Assembly (NCBI GenBank): GCA_903916765.1
Contig: CAIWXV010000102.1
Coordinates: 3,506 to 67,505 of the forward strand
Reading direction: 5' to 3'
DNA length: 64,000 nucleotides
Source of the DNA: an uncultured Dehalococcoidia bacterium
GTDB lineage: Bacteria; Chloroflexota; Dehalococcoidia; Dehalococcoidales; Fen-1064
Below the pieces are notes generated by a model. The model worked only from the letters and a program-made list of their open reading frames with translations. It was not told where the DNA came from and did not search any database. Position numbers and translations under genes: made by a program. Below, piece by piece: positions 8,661 through 18,056 of the stretch (position 1 is the first letter of the stretch; each line of letters opens with the position of its first letter).

Positions 8661-8885
8661 CTATAAATTGGGGACTAGCATGTTCACTATGGAAAGAACA
8701 ACGAAAATGACTACCAGGATAATAGTTCCCAGAAATAGCCATCTTTCTACGCCGCGTCTGGTTCGGAAGACTGACTCCGCTTGTCCGAAGATGCCTCCGA
8801 TACCGCCGCCTTTAACCTGAAGCAATATTGCCAGTATCAAAATTACGGACACTACAATCTGCACGATATTCAAAGCGGTTTGCAT
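8661..8885 (-). CDS. secG: Preprotein translocase subunit SecG
   Basis: 74 aa with two TM helices flanking the Gly-rich loop QVKGGGIGGIFG. Confidence 0.85.
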   Translation of the reverse strand: MQTALNIVQIVVSVILILAILLQVKGGGIGGIFGQAESVFRTRRGVERWLFLGTIILVVIFVVLSIVNMLVPNL

Positions 8886-8886
8886 T

Positions 8887-10377
8887 TTACTTTACCCCTA
8901 AATTATTTTTTAATAATTGATTTGCCTTTTGTGGATTGGCACGACCTCTAGTTGCTTTCATTAATTGCCCTACGAGAAACTTAAGAGCGGTCTCCTTCCC
9001 AGCCTTAAAATCAGCGACTGCCTGAGGATTTTCTGCAATTACTTTCTTTGCCATCTCTTCGATCTCACTGCTATCGCTTATCTGATTGAGTCCTTTCTGG
9101 GTAATAATCTCACTGGCAGACTTGCCAGTATTAAACATTTCCTCCAAAATCTGTTTAGCGGAAGGGCCACTAACTACACCCTTTTGCGTTAAATTGATAA
9201 CTTCACAAATATTGGCAGGAGTAATTTTGATATCCTGTATTTCTGTATTGGTAGCATTACAGAGACGGCTAATTTCACCCAAGCACGAGTTACTTATTTG
9301 TTTTTCTAGATTGGTTATGGCCAAGTTTTTTTGTTTGCCTATATTAACACATCTTTCGAAGTAATCTGCCATTGGCTTTGAATTAGTCAGTAGATTGGCA
9401 TCATAGATCGGCAACCCGTATTCGGAAACAAAACGGTCACGTCGGGCTTCGGGTAATTCCGGCAATTTTGTTTTTACTTCCGCTACCCATTCACGACTGA
9501 TGAGAAGCGGAGGCAGGTCGGGCTCCGGGAAATAGCGGTAGTCATGAGCATATTCTTTACTGCGTTGTGAGACAGTTTTGCCTTCTTCTTCTACCCACCC
9601 CCTGGTTTCCTGCACCAGACGTACACCTTCTTCCATTGCTTTTCTCTGACGCTGAGCTTCATACTCCAGCGCCCTGAAAACCGCCCGGAAGCTGTTCATA
9701 TTCTTAACTTCAACTTTAGCGAGTAACTTATCACTACCTTCGGGACGGATACTGATATTGGCATCGCAACGGAAACTGCCCTCTTCCATATTAGCAGTGG
9801 AAACCCCGATATACTGGAGGATGCTGTGCAATTTTACGAGGTATTGTCTGGCTTCCTCAGGTGAGCGTAAATCAGGCTCCCCGACAATCTCCATTAGTGG
9901 AACACCACTGCGATTGACATCCATCAGGCTATAAGCCTTGCCATCGAATGAAGAGCGGTGTATAAGCTTGGCAACATCCTCTTCGAGATGGACTCGGGTA
10001 ATCCCGATATTTCTCTTTTGTCTGTCGACCTCGATGGTGAGAATACCGTTCTTCCCGATAGGCGCATCGTATTGTGAGATTTGATAGCCTTTCATCAGGT
10101 CGGGGTAAGGATAATTTTTACGGTCGAATTTGGTATATTCAGAGATAGTGCAATTCAAAGCCAGTGCTGTCATCATGGTGTATTCTACTGCGAGTTTGTT
10201 AATGACCGGCAAAACACCCGGCATGCCGAGGCATACCGGACATACATGAGTGTTAGGCGAGGTATTTGCATAGTCGGCACTGCAATTGCAGAACATCTTG
10301 CTTTTGGTATTGAGTTGGACGTGTACTTCTAACCCGATGATAGTCTCGTATTTTGTAGCTGTTGCTGTAGCGGTCAT
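8887..10377 (-). CDS. gatB: Asp/Glu-tRNA(Asn/Gln) amidotransferase subunit B
   Basis: 496 aa. N-terminal ETIIGLEVHVQL, CPVCLGMPG, and a YqeY-like C-terminal tail. Confidence 0.95.
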   Translation of the reverse strand: MTATATATKYETIIGLEVHVQLNTKSKMFCNCSADYANTSPNTHVCPVCLGMPGVLPVINKLAVEYTMMTALALNCTISEYTKFDRKNYPYPDLMKGYQISQYDAPIGKNGILTIEVDRQKRNIGITRVHLEEDVAKLIHRSSFDGKAYSLMDVNRSGVPLMEIVGEPDLRSPEEARQYLVKLHSILQYIGVSTANMEEGSFRCDANISIRPEGSDKLLAKVEVKNMNSFRAVFRALEYEAQRQRKAMEEGVRLVQETRGWVEEEGKTVSQRSKEYAHDYRYFPEPDLPPLLISREWVAEVKTKLPELPEARRDRFVSEYGLPIYDANLLTNSKPMADYFERCVNIGKQKNLAITNLEKQISNSCLGEISRLCNATNTEIQDIKITPANICEVINLTQKGVVSGPSAKQILEEMFNTGKSASEIITQKGLNQISDSSEIEEMAKKVIAENPQAVADFKAGKETALKFLVGQLMKATRGRANPQKANQLLKNNLGVK

Positions 10378-10427
10378 CGGGTTTAGTATATCAGTAAATG
10401 CGGGTAACTGACAAGAAAAAAGGGTTA

Positions 10428-11171
10428 TTATAAAGATAAGACTTTACTCAGGAAGAGCTTGGTACGCTCATGGCGGGGCGAGGTAAATAGCTCTTCGGGC
10501 GGAGCTTCTTCGATAATCTGACCTTCGTCCATAAAGATAACGTTTCTGGCGGCGGCGCGGGCAAATCCCATCTCGTGAGACACTACCACCATCGTCATTC
10601 CTTCTTTTGCGAGGGTAAGCATCACATCTAGCACCTCTTTTATCATTTCCGGGTCGAGGGCGCTGGTCGGTTCATCGAACAACATAATCTTCGGGTTCAT
10701 CGCAAGGGCACGCGCAATTGCCACTCGCTGTTGTTGTCCGCCGGAAATTTGCGATGGGTAGGCATTGGTTTTCTCAGGAATCCCCACCTTTTTCAGGAGG
10801 CTCATAGCGATATCTTTTGCCTCGTTTCGGGAACGTTTACGTACCACACGTTGTGACAGTATCAAATTATCAAGTACAGTCAGATGGGCAAAAAGATTGA
10901 ATGATTGAAAAACCATGCCTACTTCACGGCGAACGGCGTTAATGTTTTCGGCGCTATCGAGATGAATACCATCCACCACAATCTTGCCGGTTTCATATTC
11001 TTCCAAACGGTTGATACAACGGAGCAGAGTTGACTTGCCTGACCCAGATGGCCCCACAATAACCAATACCTCGCCTTTCTGCACGTCCAGACTCACACCG
11101 CGGAGAGCGTGGACTCTTCCAAAGCGTTTATGAACATCACTGATATGAATCATTAGTTCTGAACTACTCAT
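10428..11171 (-). CDS. Polar amino-acid ABC transporter, ATP-binding protein
   Basis: Walker [10 protein letters not shown], signature ISGGQQQRV, Walker [12 protein letters not shown]. There is a 4-nt overlap with the permease gene. Confidence 0.95.
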   Translation of the reverse strand: MSSSELMIHISDVHKRFGRVHALRGVSLDVQKGEVLVIVGPSGSGKSTLLRCINRLEEYETGKIVVDGIHLDSAENINAVRREVGMVFQSFNLFAHLTVLDNLILSQRVVRKRSRNEAKDIAMSLLKKVGIPEKTNAYPSQISGGQQQRVAIARALAMNPKIMLFDEPTSALDPEMIKEVLDVMLTLAKEGMTMVVVSHEMGFARAAARNVIFMDEGQIIEEAPPEELFTSPRHERTKLFLSKVLSL

Positions 11172-12001
11172 CTTTCAAACTCGGTTTTTCTTTCCAGCCA
11201 GGATACTATCCGTGCGGAAAATAATGTCAGCACTAAATATAACAGGGCTATCATTGTCCAGACTTCGATGGGGTTAAAATGTGTGGACATAAACTCACGA
11301 CCTCTTCTCGTCATATCTGCTACTGCCACTACGCTTACCAGGGAAGAGTCTTTCAGCAGAGAGATAAATTCATTGCCTACCGGTGGGAGGATTACACGGA
11401 TTGCTTGCGGAAGTATGATATGACGCATTGCCTGCACGTAGGACATACCCAAACTGCGAGCGGCTTCCATCTGCCCTTTGGGAATACTTTGAATACCGGC
11501 TCGGTATATCTCACTCATATAAGCCCCGTAGCAAAAGACCAGTCCGAAAATTGCCAGGACAATTGCATTTGATTGATAATTAGCGAGTATTGAAATATGG
11601 AGCCATTTTCCTATTTGCTGGATAACTACCGGAAAGGCAAAATACCACCAGATTAATTGCACCAGCAGTGGCACGCCACGGACAAGCTCTACATAGAGTG
11701 TGGCGATGCCGTGCACAAACCAGTTTTTTGATAACCTGCCGAGACCTCCCAACATCCCTAATATCAGGATGAAGACGAAGGCTACGACGGTCAAAAATAC
11801 GGTAATCCCTAGACCGTCACGTACAAAGAGGATTATTCGCCAGTATGGGTCCGGACTGATGACCGACAGGAGAATTACTACCCCGACTACCAGTGCCACC
11901 AGCCACCACCAGACATCGATGCGGGAATAGTTTTCTGCGCCCGGTATCCGAGCTAATTCCTGTTCGGCTATTTCAGGTTTTCTTCTTGTAAACATCAGCA
12001 A
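11168..12001 (-). CDS. Polar amino-acid ABC transporter permease
   Basis: Polytopic. EAA-type loop [22 protein letters not shown]. The start is uncertain (TTG 12001 or ATG 11995). Confidence 0.9.
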   Translation of the reverse strand: MLMFTRRKPEIAEQELARIPGAENYSRIDVWWWLVALVVGVVILLSVISPDPYWRIILFVRDGLGITVFLTVVAFVFILILGMLGGLGRLSKNWFVHGIATLYVELVRGVPLLVQLIWWYFAFPVVIQQIGKWLHISILANYQSNAIVLAIFGLVFCYGAYMSEIYRAGIQSIPKGQMEAARSLGMSYVQAMRHIILPQAIRVILPPVGNEFISLLKDSSLVSVVAVADMTRRGREFMSTHFNPIEVWTMIALLYLVLTLFSARIVSWLERKTEFER

Positions 12002-12055
12002 ACTCGAATCTGGAATGAGGAAAGGGAGAGGGATTTTGTATCCCTCTCCCGAGTT
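12001..12055 (-). promoter_or_regulatory. Intercistronic stem-loop between the binding-protein and permease genes
   Basis: GGGAGAGGGAT-TTTGT-ATCCCTCTCCC (12024-12050, 11 perfect bp), extended by AACTC/GAGTT. On the transcribed strand it is followed by TTTCCTCATT. Confidence 0.5.
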
Positions 12056-12102
12056 CTCTAGAGTTTATATAGCAGGAGGGTTAAGGAAAATGTATTTACA
12101 GG

Positions 12103-12846
12103 TTATTTCTCAAGCCATTTTTGGGACAGAGTTTCGATTATACCTTCGGCTTTAACTTGCTTCAAAGCGATGTTGATTTTTTTGAGGAGGTCTTCTTTGC
12201 CTTTGGCAACTGCAATGCCGTAATTCTCGGCACTGAAAACTTCACCCACAGTCTTTAGTTTGGTAGAATTCTTGCCGACATAGCTCAAGACCAGCGGATT
12301 ATCCGCGACAACAGCGTCGATCTGCCCGTTCATTAAGTCTTGGAAAGCCAGTCCGATATCATCATATGGTCTGGCAGTAGCCCCGGTAATGTTATTGACC
12401 TCGATATTACCCGTTGTGCCTAGTTGAACGCCGACCGTCTTACCACTCAAGCTCGATTTGCCTGTAATTGTGGTGTTATCTATACGGACAGCGACGAGTT
12501 GACCGGCTGCAAAGTATGGGTCGGAGAAGAGCATAACCGCCTGTCGTTCTGGGAGGATGCTGATAGAAGAAATGGCGGCATCGTAGGTGCCCTGAGCCAT
12601 TCCTGCCAGCAATGGGTCCCAGGCAACATTAATGAATTCGACTTCAATATTTGCTTTTTCAGCAATGGCTTTGAACAGGTCGATGTCAAAGCCTTCAATC
12701 TCTTTGGTCTGTTCATTGACAGATTCAAATGGGGGCCAGGTAGCATCAGTCGCAACACGAATCTTGGTCGTTGTTTGAGTACAGGACGTCAGCGTCATGC
12801 TGACTATCAGGAGACTGATCAGGAGCACGCAAAGCCATCGTTTCAC
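12103..12846 (-). CDS. Amino-acid ABC transporter substrate-binding lipoprotein (family 3)
   Basis: Signal peptide with lipobox LTSC. GTG start 6 nt after AGGAGG. Periplasmic-binding fold sequence pattern. Confidence 0.9.
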   Translation of the reverse strand: MKRWLCVLLISLLIVSMTLTSCTQTTTKIRVATDATWPPFESVNEQTKEIEGFDIDLFKAIAEKANIEVEFINVAWDPLLAGMAQGTYDAAISSISILPERQAVMLFSDPYFAAGQLVAVRIDNTTITGKSSLSGKTVGVQLGTTGNIEVNNITGATARPYDDIGLAFQDLMNGQIDAVVADNPLVLSYVGKNSTKLKTVGEVFSAENYGIAVAKGKEDLLKKINIALKQVKAEGIIETLSQKWLEK

Positions 12847-12880
12847 TTTTTCCTCCTATAACGACTGCAATGTTTACACA

Positions 12881-12908
12881 ATAATAGCAGAGCGAAACAG
12901 TTTTGCAA
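12881..12908 (-). promoter_or_regulatory. Candidate sigma70-type promoter of the ABC transporter operon
   Basis: On the minus strand: TTGCAA (12903-12908), 16 nt, TATTAT (12881-12886). Confidence 0.45.
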
Positions 12909-12936
12909 AGTAAACTGCAAAAGATATTTTCTAGCC

Positions 12937-12966
12937 AAGACTGCTATTTTTGCCTTATGCTATAAT
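12937..12966 (+). promoter_or_regulatory. Candidate extended -10 promoter of folK-queD
   Basis: TGCTATAAT (12958-12966) with a weak -35 AAGACT 18 nt upstream. Confidence 0.45.
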
Positions 12967-12989
12967 ATTCACACGTAAAGAGGCGGACA

Positions 12990-13493
12990 ATGGTAGATTC
13001 GCAATTCGTTAAGATATACCTTGGATTAGGCTCGAACATCGAGGACCGTATAGGGAATTTGCGGCAGGCGTTATCTTTACTTTCTCAGAAGATGAAAGTG
13101 AATCAGGTTTCACCTGTTTACGATACCGCACCGGTAGGTAATACGGAACAACCGCGCTTCCTAAATCTTGTTTGTGAGACGACTACTTCTCTAACTCCGA
13201 TGGAGCTTCTGACTCTGTTAAAAGGCATTGAAACCAGTATGGGCAGAAAATCGGGGCCAATCAATAGCCCACGCCTGATTGATATCGATATCCTGTTTTA
13301 TAACGACCGGATTATTAACACCACCAAGCTGACTATCCCGCATTCGAGGTTGACAGAAAGAGCTTTTGTGCTGGTACCTTTAGCGGATATTGCTCCGAAT
13401 CTGCTACACCCGGTAAACGGGAAGAGTATCAAGCAGTTATTAGGGGTTTTGCAAACTAGCTCAAATGATGTCGTCAGATTGGGAAAGATTTGA
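12990..13493 (+). CDS. folK: 2-amino-4-hydroxy-6-hydroxymethyldihydropteridine pyrophosphokinase (HPPK)
   Basis: 167 aa. LGLGSNI, RFLNLV, PRLIDIDILF and ERAFVLVPL motifs. Confidence 0.9.
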   Translation: MVDSQFVKIYLGLGSNIEDRIGNLRQALSLLSQKMKVNQVSPVYDTAPVGNTEQPRFLNLVCETTTSLTPMELLTLLKGIETSMGRKSGPINSPRLIDIDILFYNDRIINTTKLTIPHSRLTERAFVLVPLADIAPNLLHPVNGKSIKQLLGVLQTSSNDVVRLGKI

Positions 13494-13502
13494 GGTGAAA
13501 CT

Positions 13503-13874
13503 ATGTATGAAATATCTGTAGAAATGGATTTCGATGCCGCTCACTTTCTCAGGGGTTATCGTGGTAAATGTGATGCTTTACACGGACACCGTTTTAAGGT
13601 GGTCGCTACACTCAAAGGGAATAAGCTCGATGAAATTGGGCTTGCTTATGATTTCACCTTACTAAAGCAGCATTTAAGAGAAATTCTGGCGAAATACGAC
13701 CATACATGTCTTAATGATGTTCCGCCGTTTAACCGTATCAATCCCTCATCGGAAAATATTGCCTACACAAGCTACAAAGCATTAAAGAAAAAACTGGCAA
13801 AAGCACCTGTTGTTCTTGCCAGCATCGAGGTATGGGAATCACCCCAAAGTCGGGTAATCTATTATCCTGATTAA
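13503..13874 (+). CDS. queD: 6-carboxytetrahydropterin synthase / 6-pyruvoyl-tetrahydropterin synthase family
   Basis: 123 aa. CxxxHGH motif (KCDALHGH) and FDAAHFL N-terminus. Confidence 0.85.
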   Translation: MYEISVEMDFDAAHFLRGYRGKCDALHGHRFKVVATLKGNKLDEIGLAYDFTLLKQHLREILAKYDHTCLNDVPPFNRINPSSENIAYTSYKALKKKLAKAPVVLASIEVWESPQSRVIYYPD

Positions 13875-14053
13875 GCTTTTTTCTCCGGTGGCAGAAGCTT
13901 AGGAATAGTGTCTTCAATCGGGTAATTCACTTTGCACTTACTGCAATATAGATTACCGCTGACAATCTCCTTTTCGTTTTCCTTTGCTATAGTGAGTGTC
14001 AGCTTCCCTTTACACACCGGGCAAACCAGAATATTCAGCAAATCTTTTTTCAT
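13871..14053 (-). CDS. Trm112/YbaR-family zinc-ribbon protein
   Basis: 60 aa. CPVCKG ... CSKCKVNYPIEDTIP. Confidence 0.8.
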   Translation of the reverse strand: MKKDLLNILVCPVCKGKLTLTIAKENEKEIVSGNLYCSKCKVNYPIEDTIPKLLPPEKKA

Positions 14054-14102
14054 AAGTAATTAAAAAGTATAGCACAAAAGTAATTACGGATGCAGGTAGA
14101 AT

Positions 14103-14140
14103 TCCTTTCCCTGACAAATGAGGGCGACTTTGATTATAAT
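14103..14140 (+). promoter_or_regulatory. Candidate promoter placed only 8 nt upstream of the transporter ATG
   Basis: CTGACA (14103-14108), 18 nt (sic: 14109-14134 is 26 nt, see finding), TATAAT (14135-14140). The ATG is at 14149. Confidence 0.25.
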
Positions 14141-14148
14141 GATAAGAA

Positions 14149-15387
14149 ATGATTCCAATAATTGTTCTTGCGGTTGTCTTTATTTTGATTACCGTCCGGC
14201 GGATTGGAAAGTTCCGTTTCCAAATCTGGCAAATAATGTTACTGGGTGCCATAGCTGTATTGGCTACTCAGCAGATTTCCCTCTTGAAAGCCCTCCAATC
14301 TATCAATCTGGATGTAATTGTCTTTCTCTTCGGAATGTTTATCGTCGGCGAGACGTTGGAAGCCAGCGGATATCTTTCCTATCTTTCCTACCGTCTTTTC
14401 CATAAAGCCCACTCTCTTGATAGTCTGGTACTCCTTATTCTTTTTGGTATGGGTATTCTGTCCGCCTTTTTGATGAATGATACGATGGCAATTATCGGAA
14501 CACCGGTAGTGCTTTTGTTGTCGAAAAAGGCAGATACCTCGCCGAAGATTCTACTGCTGGCACTGGCATTTGCCGTAACTATCGGTAGTGTTACCAGCCC
14601 AATCGGGAACCCTCAGAATTTACTAATTGCGGTTAATGGCAATATTGCTAATCCCTTCGTTACCTTCTTCTGTTATCTTTTGCTCCCGACGTTAATCAAT
14701 CTATTTCTGGCTTACCTACTCTTGAGATTATTCTATCGCAAGCAATTCGACCATAAAGATATTATCGACCACCCCGAACCAATCAAAGACCAAAAACTGG
14801 CGAGGCTCTCCCAGATTTCACTCATTCTGTTGGTAGTGCTGGTATTGGCGAAGATTATCATCGTATTCACAGGATTGCAGATTGATTTCAGGCTGACTTA
14901 TATTGCATTAGGGGCGGCATTACCTATCGTTGTTTTTAGTCCGAAAAGGTTCAGTGTTATTCGAAAAATCGATTGGTCCACACTCATCTTTTTTGCGGCG
15001 ATGTTCATTCTGATGGCGAGTGTCTGGGATTCTGGTATTTTCCAGAAGGTCATTAACTCTGCGGATTTGAATTTGACTTCCGTAGCGGTGATTATGGGTA
15101 TTAGCATCGTTCTGAGTCAATTTATTTCCAATGTTCCGCTTGTCGCACTTTATCTGCCGATGCTGATGCAATTGGGAGTTAACGGAAAGGAACTGGTGGC
15201 CCTGGCGGCAGGTAGTACTATCGCCGGCAATCTTTCGATTCTCGGAGCAGCCAGCAATGTCATCATCATTCAGAACGCCGAGCAAAAATCAGGGGAAACA
15301 TTGACCTTCTGGGAGTTTGTCAGAATCGGAATACCTCTAACCATAGTGAATCTGCTTGTTTACTGGGTTTTTCTTACCGTTTTCTGA
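14149..15387 (+). CDS. ArsB/NhaD/SLC13-type anion permease
   Basis: 412 aa, about 10-12 hydrophobic segments, with the internal duplication pattern typical of this permease superfamily. Confidence 0.7.
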   Translation: MIPIIVLAVVFILITVRRIGKFRFQIWQIMLLGAIAVLATQQISLLKALQSINLDVIVFLFGMFIVGETLEASGYLSYLSYRLFHKAHSLDSLVLLILFGMGILSAFLMNDTMAIIGTPVVLLLSKKADTSPKILLLALAFAVTIGSVTSPIGNPQNLLIAVNGNIANPFVTFFCYLLLPTLINLFLAYLLLRLFYRKQFDHKDIIDHPEPIKDQKLARLSQISLILLVVLVLAKIIIVFTGLQIDFRLTYIALGAALPIVVFSPKRFSVIRKIDWSTLIFFAAMFILMASVWDSGIFQKVINSADLNLTSVAVIMGISIVLSQFISNVPLVALYLPMLMQLGVNGKELVALAAGSTIAGNLSILGAASNVIIIQNAEQKSGETLTFWEFVRIGIPLTIVNLLVYWVFLTVF

Positions 15388-15409
15388 GACAGTTAGAGTA
15401 GATAACAAT

Positions 15410-17521
15410 TTAAACTGTGGATAGCGAGGTTTTGATACGTTTTGTTGTCTGATCGTAAAGCGTAACCGGGACTCGTCGGGTTGATGGTTCGCGTTGTTTC
15501 GGTTTCTTAAATGTGCCCTGCCGTGTAAAAGTACTGCCGAGCGCTGATTTTCTGCCGATGCGGACCACTGCTGGGTCGATAAATCTGTTCCATTCCTCCG
15601 GATGATAGAGTAAGGGTTGCCTGTTCACCATGGCACTGGTTTTGATAGTAAACTCTCTGGATGAAACCGTCTGTTTTTTATACTGCGACCACATTTCCGG
15701 ATGATAGAAGACAGGCTGTCTGACCGGTGAAAATTCTCCACTGATTCGGGGTGTTGTCGCATTTAGAACTAAAGATTGTTTGAGGTAATCACCCCATCTA
15801 TCTGTATCGTAGAAAAGCCCTGTTCGGGCGGATTTCTGATTTCTAATTGTCATGTTCCCGGCAGTCGCTGTCTGCTGGGCAAATTGCGACCAGGACTCGG
15901 GGTTGTGGAACAGTCCTTCTCTGCTTTGTCTTCCTTCTGCATCGAAAGCTTCCAGCCGATTGGCAGAAGTTTGCTCCATATATTCTGACCAGGCTTTCTT
16001 ATTATAATAAAGACCATCTTTGTCTATGTTATTAGCTGCTTGCACCATAGCTGGTTGCAGTCCACCCATATAATCTGCCCATTTTTGCGGATTGTGGTAA
16101 AGGTCCGACGGTCGTGGCATCGTTAGCTTGTTTACGGTTTTTCCGATGATAGTGCCGAAAGCTGTTACCGGTTTAACAAATCGGGTCCATGCTTCAGGAT
16201 GGTAGTAAAGCCCTTCGCGATTTGCTATGGTCAGTTTTGCCAGCTCGACAGCCAGCTCTTCATGGACGATAGCATCTGGGATGGCACCAGGTTGAAGCCG
16301 CGGTAACATGGTTCTTGCGACAACTAATCGTAAAATACCTGAAACAAGGAAAATGCCTAATATCTGGCTTCCGAAGACCGGGAAGATATTGTTTAGCAGA
16401 AGAGCTCCTGATATTGCACCCACTGCCACGGATAATGTTGTCAAACTTCGCTGGTATGAAATATATTTCAGCCTCTGGTTCTGTGGAGTTGCTTTATAGA
16501 GGAAAGCCTGAGCACTCAGGTCAAATGCTGCCCAGACTACTCCCGAGAACAGCTGCACAGTACCGAGATAGAAGATATTCCTGGAAAACATCCACAGGAT
16601 AGGAACTAATGGAATGAGGTAGGCAACTTTTACCATCACACTCAAACTACCAGACTTATCAATCTGCTTTCCCCAGTAGGAAAGGCTAATGATACGTGCA
16701 ATATATTCGCAGGAAATCATAGCAAAGTAAGACATATAGCTGAACTTTAGACTGGTTATCATATAAGCTGCTAGGAGGGGACTACTCAAGTTGACCGCAA
16801 AAGTAAAGAGTGACATAAAAATGATGAAGGTACCGAGGTGGCTACTTCTTGTTTTTTTCAAGAAATCGATGAATCCGAAAGTTTCTTGCTTTGCTGTAGG
16901 GGGTGGTGATTGAGTTTGACGCATTTTAGTATAGAACCCCGTACTCGCTAAGGATGCAATGAGAGCGATGGCTGTAACGATAGCATAACCATGGAGGCTA
17001 TTGCGCCCAGATTTATCTAGGATGAATGCCATCAAATATGAAATACCCAGATATAAGGCACTGGCAATAGCAGAACGCCAGCTAAGGTACTGCCCCATTT
17101 TTTCAGACGGAATGAGATTAGCCATCCAGTTGTCCCTGAGAGGCCCGACAAGGATAGAAGGCACCATGTTCAGTACCCAAAGGCCAATGAGTATGTACGG
17201 ATTTAATTTACTAAATAGTAATAATGCCAGAACTACAGGAAGCCATGTCAGGATATTGACAACGGCAATAGTAATGGTGGTTCTTTTCAAATTGTTTTGT
17301 CTTTCAGCTAGAGTAGGTACTTTAATAAGTAACACTGAAAGACAAAGATTTAACGCGGCGGTGAGTAGTGCAACACTTCCTGCATCGGCTCCGGCAGCAA
17401 TAATAGAAGGGCCTTGAAAAGCCGCTCCCGCATTTTCTATGGATGAAGTTGCCGATTCTCCATGGAAAAGAGCCAGACTCTTATCACCCTTATTTTTACC
17501 GATGTTGGGGAGTATCTTCAT
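15410..17521 (-). CDS. MFS-type transporter fused to a C-terminal repeat domain of roughly 270 aa
   Basis: 703 aa. About 12 TM segments in aa 40-405, then seven repeats of G-L-[FY]-[YH]-x-P-E-x-W-x-x-[FY]. Confidence 0.8.
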   Translation of the reverse strand: MKILPNIGKNKGDKSLALFHGESATSSIENAGAAFQGPSIIAAGADAGSVALLTAALNLCLSVLLIKVPTLAERQNNLKRTTITIAVVNILTWLPVVLALLLFSKLNPYILIGLWVLNMVPSILVGPLRDNWMANLIPSEKMGQYLSWRSAIASALYLGISYLMAFILDKSGRNSLHGYAIVTAIALIASLASTGFYTKMRQTQSPPPTAKQETFGFIDFLKKTRSSHLGTFIIFMSLFTFAVNLSSPLLAAYMITSLKFSYMSYFAMISCEYIARIISLSYWGKQIDKSGSLSVMVKVAYLIPLVPILWMFSRNIFYLGTVQLFSGVVWAAFDLSAQAFLYKATPQNQRLKYISYQRSLTTLSVAVGAISGALLLNNIFPVFGSQILGIFLVSGILRLVVARTMLPRLQPGAIPDAIVHEELAVELAKLTIANREGLYYHPEAWTRFVKPVTAFGTIIGKTVNKLTMPRPSDLYHNPQKWADYMGGLQPAMVQAANNIDKDGLYYNKKAWSEYMEQTSANRLEAFDAEGRQSREGLFHNPESWSQFAQQTATAGNMTIRNQKSARTGLFYDTDRWGDYLKQSLVLNATTPRISGEFSPVRQPVFYHPEMWSQYKKQTVSSREFTIKTSAMVNRQPLLYHPEEWNRFIDPAVVRIGRKSALGSTFTRQGTFKKPKQREPSTRRVPVTLYDQTTKRIKTSLSTV
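15557..16219 (-). repeat. Seven tandem protein-level repeats (30-36 aa period) inside the MFS gene
   Basis: Trp at aa 445, 481, 511, 544, 576, 611 and 644. The last two units also match at DNA level (CCGGATGATAGAG 15598-15610 versus CCGGATGATAGAA 15697-15709, 99 nt apart). Confidence 0.8.
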
Positions 17522-17982
17522 AACATCACTTTCTCAGGTTTGTTAGTAGCTAGTACTGAAACTAAAATCGGAGTTTATTGTTCGAGGTGAGGTCGATCAA
17601 AAAGTGATGTTGATTTGATGGGCAATCGAGATATATAGCCCATCTCCCTATGAGGATGAAAATGTCATACCCATAGGAACTTCTAATTTCATAAAGTCTT
17701 ATTGAGGATTTTTATATCAAGCGAATCGAATGCCTAAGAAGATTCTAAAATCAGTCTGGAAAACTGCAATCGATTCACTATTGGCTGCCGACTGAGCAGT
17801 AAGAGAATATCAAAAAACGGGATTTGAAAACTACACCCGTGTATATTCCACTTAATATATGCTCAGAGACAAGCCATTAATCATTTTTTGATCAACCACT
17901 TGCCTCCTTCTATCTATTATTATACTCAACATTATGACAAATTGCAATACCGCTGAAGCTAAATATTTATCTAATTTGATGA

Positions 17983-18011
17983 TTGACATCAGTGCCTAAC
18001 AGAGATAGGAT
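17983..18011 (+). promoter_or_regulatory. Candidate promoter of xth
   Basis: TTGACA (17983-17988), 17 nt, TAGGAT (18006-18011). Confidence 0.4.
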
Positions 18012-18056
18012 GCTAGTTAAAGATTACTTCGATGCATCTCCGGTGTGACAGTTTTT

